A stretch of DNA of 63,496 bases, the filler included, from Licmophora abbreviata (lineage: Eukaryota), in NCBI GenBank assembly GCA_900291995.1. It is 11 parts of 11 records of this genome, joined end to end, with 100 filler letters (N's around TTAATTAATTAA, not from the genome) between each part and the next. Parts side by side here need not be neighbours in the genome. Positions count along the whole stretch, not along the records: positions 1 to 26,081 come from OLMU01005338.1; 10 more parts are not named here. The stretch is one strand, 5' to 3'. The position numbers were made by a program, and so were the translations under genes. The notes beneath the pieces are model-generated. The model saw only the letters and a list, made by a program, of their open reading frames with translations, was not told the DNA's origin and did no database searches. Shown one piece after another: positions 1 to 9,955 of this stretch. The stretch's first letter is position 1. Every line of letters begins with the position of its first letter.

Positions 1-634
1 CTGAAGGTTCTGCTCCTTGATCAGTGGACAAGTCAGTCGCTCTGCTCCGAAGAGACTTTTCGACAACGTCCAGGACAGCACTCCGTTCGGCATCCAAAAT
101 CGCGAGCCACTCGATCGCTTCCAGAGCGTACGGGTTTCTTCTCAAAGAGTCGAGAAATGCTTGAATAGCATCGATTTGTCTTCCACTGGCCACTGACAAG
201 CGTCCAAGAGTCATACACATGCCCAGGGTACGCATAGGCCGTGGGACCATCTCGAGTACCGAAGATGCCTCGACGACACTGCCAAGCGACGCCAAGCACT
301 GAGCTTCTTTCCAACGGAGTTTCGCTTCCGTGGTGCTGGATACGGTGGACGAAGCCCTCTTGAGCACATGGCGCTGCAGAGCCGCTTGGCGAAAGAAGGA
401 AATGGCTCTCTTGTACTGCTGTGTTTCTTGGCAGCACTCCCCCATGATTTCGAGTAGTGTAGCCGTAGTTGACTGTTCGGACAGGCGGGAAAGCTCCAGA
501 GACGCCAGAATTTCACAGCTCTTGTACTGCTTTGCCTTGAGGAGGTCCAAGCATTCCTGTTCGACCGCCGTCAAGGAAAAAGTGCTCTGCATGGTCGCTG
601 CGTTCGCCTCCATCGCGTCGTCCCTCTTCGTCAT
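1..634 (-). CDS. APC7: Anaphase-promoting complex subunit 7-like TPR protein, N-terminal part (runs off window start)
   Basis: Not in the ORF track because no stop lies in the window. Manual translation from ATG 634 is open to base 1: ...EAKLRWKEAQCLASLG...VLEMVPRPMRTLGMCMTLGRL...FLDSLRRNPYALEAIEWL, which resembles the ANAPC7 N-terminal TPR region. Confidence 0.7.
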   Translation of the reverse strand, partial: MTKRDDAMEANAATMQSTFSLTAVEQECLDLLKAKQYKSCEILASLELSRLSEQSTTATLLEIMGECCQETQQYKRAISFFRQAALQRHVLKRASSTVSSTTEAKLRWKEAQCLASLGSVVEASSVLEMVPRPMRTLGMCMTLGRLSVASGRQIDAIQAFLDSLRRNPYALEAIEWLAILDAERSAVLDVVEKSLRSRATDLSTDQGAEPS

Positions 635-992
635 TGCGATGTTACATGTTGTCGCGAGAGTTTCAATTTCTAATTTCTGCCTTGTTTTGTGTGTCTGTCT
701 GTCGCTCGTGCGGTTGATGATTTCAATCTTGCTGTCTTTCCACAAATCTAAATTGAAAAAGTTCACCGTATCGACTGTCGAAGCGCGTTTCGCTTATCGA
801 CTGTGAATTTCAGCAGCTCCGCTTCCAGTTCGCTTGCCCGCGATACACATTCGCCAAGGAAGCTCTACCACAGCGAAAAACAACGAAAGGACAACAAACA
901 AGCGCAGAAATAAATACAAATCATGGCCAACTACGGTGTGTGCTGCCGGCGGCAACTCGTGTAGAACTTGTACTGCGGTCTACTTGGCAATT

Positions 993-1005
993 TTTGGCGC
1001 GCCAA
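993..1005. promoter_or_regulatory. Palindromic E2F-like site TTTGGCGCGCCAA in the APC7/RPA2 divergent promoter
   Basis: Matches the TTTSSCGC consensus about 95 nt upstream of the RPA2 ATG. Confidence 0.45.
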
Positions 1006-1097
1006 TGCCGAAAAAAGGTATCCAAGCTTATTGTGACATGTCGTCATTCTCACTTGTGTCTTGGTTTTTCGTACTACCACGTCAACACGCAACAGGA

Positions 1098-2057
1098 ATG
1101 GACTATCAGGGCGATACGGGAGGAAGTGGAAACTTCGGAGGAGGCGGTGGATTCAACGCCGGCGGCTCGGGCGGCGGCTTTGGAACCAGTCAAGGCGGCG
1201 ATTCGGGTCGCGCTCGTCGTAGTTACGATGAGCAGACTCTCGTGCCTGTCACGGCTCTCATGGTCTCATCAACACGCTCTGCTTCCAATGCCGATGGCAC
1301 GGGCAGCTTGGCTCTCCCCGATGGAAGAGCACTCTACCGCGTCAAACTCGTCGGGGCAGTTCGATCGGTCGAAGAAGCTAGCACCAACATTGTCTTCCAG
1401 ATTGAAGATGGGACTGGACTTGTCGAAGTCAAACAGTGGCTCGATGCCAACGATAACATGGCGCTCATAGAAATGCGACAAGAGTGTATGAAGGACCACG
1501 TCTACCTTAAGGTTATCGGCCAGATCAAGGACTACGATGGCAAGAAGACTCTTGTCGCCGACACGGTCCGCAAGCTTCAAACTTCAAACGAGATTGCATA
1601 TCATATGCTTGAGGTTGTCTATTCTGCAGAACGTTTCCAGAAGAACGAAACTATCGGTGGTTTGCCCAGCATGGCAGCACCGACGGGCGGTGTTGGCTTT
1701 GGCGCAGGAGTTGCAGGTGGCGCTCCCATCGGCCAGGCCACCAATTCGGGAAGCGGAAACCCGCTTCGCGATGCCGTTTTGAACTTTATCAAGGTTGAAG
1801 GAGGTATGCAACAATTGTGTCGTCGTAGTGCTTGGCTCTTTTTGTCGATTTTCAACTCACGCGGATTCATCTTCTTTCCTCCCTCTCCTCTCAAAGAACA
1901 ATCGGACTATGGTGCCAGCATGCCGAGATGCATTCAGCTCCTGACTGCAGATGGAAAGTACTCGGAGCCGCAGATTCGTCAAGTTATTGAAGACTTGGCT
2001 GGCGAAGGACATGTCTACTCGACCGTGAACGAGGAGCACTACAAGTTTGCCATGTAA
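1098..2057 (+). CDS. RPA2: Replication protein A 32 kDa subunit
   Basis: Gly-rich N-terminus, OB fold (VKLVGAVR...IEDGTGLVEVKQW...HMLEVV), C-terminal winged helix (LAGEGHVYSTVNEEHYK). Predicted 93-nt intron 1804-1896. Confidence 0.93.
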   Translation: MDYQGDTGGSGNFGGGGGFNAGGSGGGFGTSQGGDSGRARRSYDEQTLVPVTALMVSSTRSASNADGTGSLALPDGRALYRVKLVGAVRSVEEASTNIVFQIEDGTGLVEVKQWLDANDNMALIEMRQECMKDHVYLKVIGQIKDYDGKKTLVADTVRKLQTSNEIAYHMLEVVYSAERFQKNETIGGLPSMAAPTGGVGFGAGVAGGAPIGQATNSGSGNPLRDAVLNFIKVEGGMQQLCRRSAWLFLSIFNSRGFIFFPPSPLKEQSDYGASMPRCIQLLTADGKYSEPQIRQVIEDLAGEGHVYSTVNEEHYKFAM

Positions 2058-2298
2058 TGTAAGAACGCGGTCTCGTCAATGGTTTCCAGCGATGATACGA
2101 CTCGGACCTACGGGCACGTGAGTGAATCAGGTAGCCTTCGTTGCGTCCTATGGTAGTGTTTGAAGCATGGATAAGCGTGCTCTACGCAATCTCTACTGTA
2201 GCACGGAATCAATCGTTGCTTGGTCTTTTCGCTCCTCTGATGTCACACGCACTATACTACCCGCATGTACGAATGTTGACCACAACCGACAATCAATG

Positions 2299-3158
2299 CT
2301 ATGCTGTGTTGAAACTATTCGTCAGGCACTCCCGAACCACCTCGATAATTGTCTCCATTGGCGCTAGCGCCCCAGTCCCAACTTCTCCACACGCGAGGGT
2401 CTTGACTTGCGGTTCAACAACCCGAATCTCAGCACGAGCCAGTGAGCCTGAGATCCGACCAAAGCTCACGATCGTCTCGAGCTGCATGCTAGTCACTGGA
2501 TGTTCCCACATGGCAGTGTTCATGGCCGGTGCCAATATGATGGGTTTTCCAGGTCGCACATGTCCAAAGTCCCATGCTCGCATGACACAGGTTAGGGTAT
2601 CGTCACAGAGTCCATTGGCGAGTTTCGCGAGCGTGTGAGCTGATAGAGGAGAAATCACGGCGATGTCGGCCCAATCTCGAAGTTCAATGTGCAGCACCGG
2701 ATCTCCGAGTTTATTCCATTCCTTCCATTCTTCTTCTGCCGCTGATGAGATAAGCAGACGGAGGTGCGACAAAAGTAGTTTGAGGGCGAGCGACGACAAA
2801 TAGAAGTGTGCGGGGCAGTTTGAAAGTTGGGAGAGTAGTAAAACTTACAAATGACGTGGATCTTGCGTCGCTCGTCAGTCCTGTTCCCATCATCAGCTCT
2901 GTCGATGGAAGAAGTTTCGTCGCGACTATGCAGTTCTTGCCAATAGCGATGGTCGTAATCCCTCGCTTTGGTCCAGAAACTTTGGCCGCCGTGCGTCAAG
3001 AGCACTTTGACGTGCGCATTCAGCTCTTTTGTCAATCTCACTGCTAGCTCGGGTCCCTTGACAGCAGCAACCGATCCAGTCACTCCCAGCAGAATGCGAG
3101 GAGCACGTCGCTGGGGCGCGATAGGTCTGGCACTGGCGATAGACTCGGAGGTCTTCAT
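2299..3158 (-). CDS. PPCDC: Phosphopantothenoylcysteine decarboxylase (HFCD flavoprotein)
   Basis: ILLGVTGSVAAVK, LHIELRDWAD, PLSAHTLAKLANGLCD, APAMNTAMWEHP, LACGEVGTGAL. Intron 2742-2848 joins two ORFs in frame. Confidence 0.93.
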
Positions 3159-3564
3159 GACACTTTCCAATCGTATTTTCGAATCAATCTTTTTTTCAAG
3201 CCCTTCTTCAGTCTATCATGGGGTATTGGCAAGGAGCATGCATGCCGCACGTCACAGTGGTTACCGTTTTCATCGTCAATGTGGAGTGCGTCAAAGAAGA
3301 GAGGTGATGATGTTGTGATTTTGAGATGTTTCAGTTTTTAGAGATAGTCCGACCGTCTCCCGCAAAAAGGCGCGCCCCAGAACAAAAATGTTTGACTTTC
3401 ACTTCGACGACACACGAAAACAACAATGCAATGCGATTGGTCTCGGGCCTGACCTGTCAGTTGACAGTGTGTACCTGTAACACCTTTTTTGAGCTGCATA
3501 GAGCTACATTTACTCTTTCTGTTCTGCTCGAGTCGAATTCTTGTTTAATTTTGGCAGGGTAGAA

Positions 3565-3609
3565 TTCAGATTTCAGATTTCAGCTATCAGATTTCAGATT
3601 TCAGATTTC
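3565..3609 (+). repeat. Short tandem repeat (TTCAGAT)n, about 6 imperfect copies
   Basis: ttcagatttcagatttcagctatcagatttcagatttcagatttc immediately before ATG 3616. Confidence 0.85.
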
Positions 3610-3615
3610 GTCGTC

Positions 3616-6033
3616 ATGTCTTCGGTTGACCACGACGACGAGCCGATGGGATGGTCCTTGCGATTTCGGGAATATCGACACAACTCTTGCTTAATGAGGC
3701 CCTTGTCAGCTCTCATCACGGCAGTATTTTGTCTCTTTTCCCTCGTAGTGGCGATCTTTCACATTCCAGGCGTCGTTTTGGGGTTTCTTCTTAGTCCCAT
3801 CCTGCGAAGAACGCCGTGGCTCATTGAATTCGTGTATCCCACAGGCATTGCGCGCTGGGCTCACTTCTTTCTACTTAAATCATCCATGAGCGCCAAGAAC
3901 ATAACTCCGGACAAGGGCCATTCAAGGACTGCGGAACAAAGGATTGAAGTAGTCAAGGGACGAGTCTACATTCATCCCATCACTCAGCTACTTGATAACA
4001 TCGCATACCTGGTTGTATGTTGCCCGCCTCCATCGTCCGCAACCAATACGATTGTTGGATTCCTACTGGACTGCGGGGATGCCACAGCCGCATTACACCA
4101 AATTCATGCCGTTCGGGAACTGCATTATCCCAACGCTGCTTCGCTCGAGATACAGGCTATATTATGTACGCACAAGCACCACGACCACACTGCCGGTAAC
4201 AAGGACCTTCTTCAGCACAAGCAGCTAGGCCTTCACATCACATCTGTCTTTGGAGGAGCCGTGGAGAAGGTGCCGCACTGTAACTCATTCGTTAAGAACA
4301 AAGAGATACTCTCATTACCGCAGGTCGAGGGGAACGATATGAACGACGTTGTGCAGGTCGAAGTCATCGCAGTTCCTGCGCATACGAGGGGAAGCGTCGT
4401 CTACGCTCTCCGTCCAACTGGAGCTAGTCACATAAACCTGGCTGCATCGTATCTATTCACGGGTGACACCATGTTTTCCGGTGGAGCCGGAGTGCCGTTT
4501 GAGGCTGATGTTGAGTCGTCACGCGAAAAACGTACATCAAACAAAAACGCCAACAGTCCTATCCGCGCGTCTGCAGGGAGCAAGGCCGTCGAACGGTGTT
4601 TTGTCGAAATACTACATCGGGGACTACCGACTACTCAAGACAGTAATGCCAAGGATGCCACCTCCCGTATGTTGATCTTCCCAGGCCACGAGTATACGTC
4701 AGATATTATTGGAAGACAGTTTCACATGCAAGATGCAGAAACAGCCCGGCTTAGCAGGCAGCCGCCTTCGGTGTTCTTTGAAACAGCGTCGCAGCTGTTC
4801 GTGTCGCTTCATCGCCGGAGTCTCCCCCAGGGTGGAAAACTCCTTTGTATTCCTAGTCCCATGAGTCGAGAGCTTGTGGTCAACCCGAGTTTTCGGACCC
4901 TTACGAGACGATGCCAACACGTTGTTCGCGCGGTTCGCCTCTGGCATCGCCTCTTTGCAAAGTCCGAAGCTGTCGTGGACGGAGCGAAGCCCGAACGGCG
5001 CCGACAGCTGTGGCTTAATAAGGAATCCAATGGACTCCGGTCGTCGCCACCAGAAGATGTCCCAGATAAAACGCCGTCAACCGCAACTCACTGGAACGTT
5101 TCTGCCCAGGACGTCAACCGTCCCGTCTTTACAACCGTTTTCGCGGACGACCTCCAAACTCTTATCCACGATCTAGCATCGAGCCGCGTTGAGGGTACGG
5201 AGGCAGCCGAACGCTTGGTGGAAATGCAGGCGAAACTGAATGAGCCGGCAACAGGGCGGAGGCCCATTCCCAACACCCTGCCTTCTGAGAAGAATATGTA
5301 TCTCGGTGTGCTGGCGTTTGCCATGTTGGGCTCTCCGCCGTGTGCTATGACTCTATCCGACAGCCGCTCCATGAACCTGCCGGCTCCGATGCGAGGGGGT
5401 AACAGCGATCCGATTCTAATCAGCAAGCGTCGCCTGTTGTCGATGCTGGACTGCTTTGGTTTTCTGACTGCCGACGACGGCGGTGATAGCGTTATCCCGT
5501 TGATTCATTTGCTGTGGAAGGAAGCTCTTGAGTATGGTGCTTTTGAACGTGGTGGTGCGAGTGCGAAGAAACGTGACGACGTGGAAGTCGCCGACGATGA
5601 GGAAAACTCAGATCGGGCTGAGCTCGGTGTACTTCGGTGGATGTTATATGGTGTGGAAACGAACCAGCCCTCATGGGCTGCCAAGTTATGCATGCCTTGC
5701 AGTAACGATAGTAAACAGGTGGCCGACAAGATGCCGAGAAATCATCCCATCGAAAAGCTTAGCTTGCGACGCACCGGTGGAGAGCTCGTCCGTCATGATG
5801 TGTTGACGTGCTTGCTTTGCCGGCACGCCACGGGGTGTCCAGAGGCGACGCATGAGGCTCGAAACAATGGCAAAATGGCCAGCTTGACGTTGGAACAAAC
5901 ACGGGACGTGGCGCCAGAAGAGAACGGTATTGAGGCCTTTCCGTCCGTTACAGAGGAGGCCGACGATTTATTGACTGCCGAAGGCATGGAGCTCGTCCAC
6001 CTGCCAAAGACATTGCTCTTGCAGAAGACTTAG
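3616..6033 (+). CDS. Glyoxalase II-like metallo-beta-lactamase-fold protein with N-terminal membrane segment and long C-terminal extension
   Basis: DNIAYLV, THKHHDHTAGN, VPAHTRG, LFTGDTMFSGGAG, IFPGHEY, PS..SRELVVNPSFR; hydrophobic N-terminal stretch; intronless ORF. Confidence 0.8.
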   Translation: MSSVDHDDEPMGWSLRFREYRHNSCLMRPLSALITAVFCLFSLVVAIFHIPGVVLGFLLSPILRRTPWLIEFVYPTGIARWAHFFLLKSSMSAKNITPDKGHSRTAEQRIEVVKGRVYIHPITQLLDNIAYLVVCCPPPSSATNTIVGFLLDCGDATAALHQIHAVRELHYPNAASLEIQAILCTHKHHDHTAGNKDLLQHKQLGLHITSVFGGAVEKVPHCNSFVKNKEILSLPQVEGNDMNDVVQVEVIAVPAHTRGSVVYALRPTGASHINLAASYLFTGDTMFSGGAGVPFEADVESSREKRTSNKNANSPIRASAGSKAVERCFVEILHRGLPTTQDSNAKDATSRMLIFPGHEYTSDIIGRQFHMQDAETARLSRQPPSVFFETASQLFVSLHRRSLPQGGKLLCIPSPMSRELVVNPSFRTLTRRCQHVVRAVRLWHRLFAKSEAVVDGAKPERRRQLWLNKESNGLRSSPPEDVPDKTPSTATHWNVSAQDVNRPVFTTVFADDLQTLIHDLASSRVEGTEAAERLVEMQAKLNEPATGRRPIPNTLPSEKNMYLGVLAFAMLGSPPCAMTLSDSRSMNLPAPMRGGNSDPILISKRRLLSMLDCFGFLTADDGGDSVIPLIHLLWKEALEYGAFERGGASAKKRDDVEVADDEENSDRAELGVLRWMLYGVETNQPSWAAKLCMPCSNDSKQVADKMPRNHPIEKLSLRRTGGELVRHDVLTCLLCRHATGCPEATHEARNNGKMASLTLEQTRDVAPEENGIEAFPSVTEEADDLLTAEGMELVHLPKTLLLQKT

Positions 6034-6156
6034 GAATTGCTACTTGCAGCGGCAGGATGTAAGACACAATAAGTTATAGCTATTGGCACTTTCTGTCGAT
6101 CTTTGAATCGCACTGTGTGGTTTTGATCACATCCGCGGCAGCATACCCTGGTCACA

Positions 6157-7032
6157 TCACAAACGGGACATGCGGTACCGTGGTCCCGACACGCACAGTT
6201 CGAGAAATGCCAGAAGAGCTGTTTCGTACTCGACCGGATGCTTCAAAAGATGGCAACAGTGCGGTGACGATTCCCATTGTCGCGAAAAAATACGATCACA
6301 CCCAAACAAAGACTGTCGGTACCCCACGAGTTCCGTTAGCGGCTCACAGGGCGTCAGTTCGTCGTCGCGGCTGTACAGGTATAACTGGTGTGTGTTCGAC
6401 GCGTCTCGTTTCAGCCCTTGCCAGAACTCAGTGGCCCTTCGTTCCCGTTGACGCACAATATCTTTTTGATTTTTTGTTGCATAATCTATGAAAGTGGAGA
6501 CATAAAACCGAGCGCGCTCCCACCAAGGGCAATACGAGAGAGCCTGTCCCAGATTATCGTGATCCGTCGGAGAGTAGTACGCCGGACTGGAGTCGAAGAC
6601 AATTCCAAGTAAACTGTCCCTCAGTTCCTTGATATCTTTCTGTACTTGTGCATCCAACGTATCCAAGCTGGTGGTGCTCGCGAAGAGAATCCGCCGAATC
6701 TGTTCCCACAGAAAAGCACCTCCATTGGAGAATCCGTGATAGACATAGAGCGAGCACTGGCTAGCTTGAACATGTCGCAGAACGCTCCACGCTAGATGAT
6801 TCATAGTTTCAAGTCTCATATTCTCGTTTGAAGAAGTATTATGCAATTTGAAAGAAAGAGTGCGTCTTGAAGCCTCAACGACCATGGTAGGTGTTGGTAT
6901 GCGAGTGATGACTTGGAATCCCAGGTTTCGATACAGATTCTCGTATCGACGCAGAGAACGCGGCTGGCATCCAAGCCAGCCAGCTAAGACAACCAGTGGT
7001 CGCCCTGGAATGATTGGACCGCCCTTATTCAT
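6157..7032 (-). CDS. TMEM53/DUF829-like alpha/beta hydrolase with C-terminal PTS1 (SRL)
   Basis: LVVLAGWLG, HGFSNGG, IVFDSSP, LYLYSRDDEL, WESSPHCCH; ends in -SRL. Confidence 0.8.
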   Translation of the reverse strand: MNKGGPIIPGRPLVVLAGWLGCQPRSLRRYENLYRNLGFQVITRIPTPTMVVEASRRTLSFKLHNTSSNENMRLETMNHLAWSVLRHVQASQCSLYVYHGFSNGGAFLWEQIRRILFASTTSLDTLDAQVQKDIKELRDSLLGIVFDSSPAYYSPTDHDNLGQALSYCPWWERARFYVSTFIDYATKNQKDIVRQRERRATEFWQGLKRDASNTHQLYLYSRDDELTPCEPLTELVGYRQSLFGCDRIFSRQWESSPHCCHLLKHPVEYETALLAFLELCVSGPRYRMSRL

Positions 7033-7172
7033 CGATGGGCTTTCTTTTGTCTTTTGGCAGACCGCAAGGTGAACAGATTCATTCAAGATCGTCCTTGACG
7101 CGCCTCGCCAGTCGCCATCATTGTGTTTCGACGTCGGAAAGAGTGTGGGCTGACGGCCAGACCGCCATGCGT

Positions 7173-7240
7173 TGAGTGAGTGAGTCGAGTCAGTCGATCG
7201 AGTGAATCAATCCGACGAGTCAGTCGAGTCGAGTCAGTCG
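7173..7240. repeat. Degenerate GAGTC/GAGT microsatellite-like tract in a divergent promoter
   Basis: gagtgagtgagtcgagtcagtcgatcgagtg...gagtcagtcgagtcgagtcagtcg. Confidence 0.7.
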
Positions 7241-7549
7241 TACCAAATGAGAGATGCGCGCGAGCCGGCCCTGTGCGTTTTGCGGTGTGAAGAATGCTCG
7301 CGCCCTGCTTTGAGAGAGATTTCAGATTGAGTGAGGCCTACGAGTAAACACTAATAAAATTAACAATGAACATGCCAAACTTTGATGAAACTCCGCAGTC
7401 CGCAGATCGAACCGTGGGATTGAGATTGGTTTGACTGACGAGCACATTGATTGTACCGGTACCAGCCCTCGTCGAGTGCAGATATCATCAAAGCGCATCC
7501 TGATCCCGATTGGCTTCCCTTTTCCTGCCATCTTTTCACTTCTCGACCC

Positions 7550-9794
7550 ATGGCTCCGAAATCAGACAGACGATGCTGCACGTGGCCCAGATGTAGCGTG
7601 TTCGTACTCGTACTAGGCGGAATCATCGCACTCGTCTATTTCTTGACTCCGCTCGGTGACGAGGTTGAAAACCTTATCAACGATGGCCAAGGCAATAGTA
7701 CGAGCGACGACAACGATACCGGCAATGAGCCAGGTTCTAGTACAGCGCCTCCCACGCAAGCACCTACTTTAACGCCATATCAGTTCTTTCAGTGCGATGA
7801 AGTGAATCTTGACGGATGCTGTAATGGGCTAGACGGACTTTGTGATCTGCGCATCGATGAGGTGCTATGGCCCATGTCACACAACGCAATGGCCACCTTG
7901 CAGGATGGCTTTCTTCTTTTTCCCAATCATCTTTATCCTCTCGAAGAGTCGTTGGACGCGGGCTACCGTGGACTGGATCTAGAAGTGTGTCTCTGCGGAG
8001 GGACGTATACCCTCTGTCATGGACAGTGCAACTTGGGCACACGGGATCCCATTACAGTCTTCACAAATATTGTCTCCTTTCTGGACAACAATCCCACCGA
8101 GTCGCTCCTAATTAATCTCGAACTGAACTCAGACGCTGACGGCCAGATCGTCTTGGGCGACTTTGCTTCACTCATGCTCGAAGGTGTCCCTAGACTGCGA
8201 GGATTCTTACACATACAGGAAGATACAACGCAGCTGTGGCCCACGTTTGGAGAGCTCATAGCGAGTTCAACGGTACGTGAAACGCCGTGCCGCACGCGCG
8301 TTTGCCGATTCACCCTTCTCACGTCGTACCTTCGACCTGGTCTGTCGCCCTTCTTCTGTAGCGGTTGGTCTTGTTCCATCACCGGGGTCCGACTTGTAGG
8401 GTGATCGGTGATTGCCCGGAGGGCTTTCACTATTGGTTCGACAGTGCGGTGGAAACCCCGTTCAGCTTCTCAAATGAAAATGAACTGCTTGACAGCGCCA
8501 CCTCGTGCACCATTGATCGAGGCGGCGACGGTACTCGCTCCTTCTTTGCTGTCAACACCTTCACAACGCTCCCAGATATCACTGAAGCTCGAATTGTCAA
8601 CCAACGAACCTTCCTGGAGGGCCGCGTGGAGGCGTGCTCTCGGCTGAATGGTGACGCCGATGTCAATGTTGTGCACGTCGATTTTTGGCATGAAGGTGCT
8701 GTGCTGGAAACGATTCAGGAACATAATCGATTGCTAATTCAGTCTCGTCGCCAGCTTAGTGCCAGTCGTGATCTTCAGCCGTATCAGTTCTTTCAGTGTG
8801 GCAACAATCTCGATAATTGTTGCAACGGCCTCGACGGCCTCTGTGATCTTCGTATCGACGACATTCTCTGGCCCATGTCCCACAACGCCATGTCGACGAA
8901 GCGCGATGGATTCGCCTTCCCAAATCACAATAAGCCTCTCGAGCGATCCATGAAAGAGGGGATTCGTGGGATCAACCTCGATGTGTGTAATTGCGGAGGG
9001 GAATATACGCTTTGCAGTGGTTTTTGTAATCTTGGCCGACGAGATCCTGTGAAAGTCTTCAAAAAGATTGTCAGGTTTTTGAAAGACAATCCGACTGAAT
9101 CGATTATTGTGAATCTGGAGCTGGACAGCGGGGCAAATCTTGACGTTGTGCTCGACGATTTTGCGGAACTCATTCTCGGAGGAGTGAGATCCTTGCGAAA
9201 GAACTTGTATGTTCAGGAAGATATTGCACAGCCATGGCCTACGTTGCGAACGCTAAAGGATAGCAACAAGGTACGTCACACGATTGTTTTTGTGGCTATT
9301 AATGTGAATCGCACGTGCGCTATGAGCATCAACTGATGATAATCCTCCGCTCCGTTCGGCAGCGCTTGGTGTTGTTTCATCAAGGCGGTCCTACCTGTAG
9401 GACCGATGGTGAGTGCCCGGAGGGCTTTCACTATTGGTTCGACAGTGTGGTGGAAACTCCTTTCGAGTTCTGGACGATAAACCAGTTGCAGAACACGGCG
9501 TCTTCGTGTTCCTTTGATAGAGGCAGCGACGGCAATCTCAACTTTTTTGCAGTGAATACGTTCATGCAGCTCCCAAATCGTAGGGTGGCCAGGGCTGTCA
9601 ACGGGCAAGACTTTCTGGAATCTCACATGATGGCGTGCTCGAGCCTGAACTTCGGAGCCCTCGTGAATTTCTTGATAGTTGACTTCTGGCACTTCGGCAA
9701 CGTGTTGGAAACTATCCAAGACGACAATAGGCAGCGCATTCAGCGCCGACGACAGTTGATGGACGGCGAGTTCAGAACGGTTCGTCGTCAGTAG
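7550..9794 (+). CDS. Membrane-anchored PI-PLC-like phosphodiesterase with two tandem catalytic domains
   Basis: N-terminal TM, then two copies of CCNGLDGLCDLRID..LWPMSHNAM...PNH...LCxGxC...DNPTES...RLVLFH...ETPF...VDFWH. Introns 8273-8361 and 9271-9362. Confidence 0.8.
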
Positions 9795-9955
9795 CTGTGG
9801 GGCCCGCCGGTACGAGATTTGAGGAGTACCCGGTATGAGATTGCGTGAGACAAACCAGCTTGAATTAGATTTCCCTACGTATACATAGATATGACTACTA
9901 TACGCCCAAACAAGAATACTGCATGGTGTTCCCGTACACACTCGCCTCGTCAACT

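Noticed and set aside
834..1097. N-terminal extension of RPA2 in the ORF track
   Set aside because: Comes from a TTG start; this is promoter/UTR, and the likely ATG is 1098.
1804..1896. Apparent 31-aa hydrophobic insertion in RPA2
   Set aside because: In-frame, stop-free GT-AG intron with branch-like CTCAC and a pyrimidine tract.
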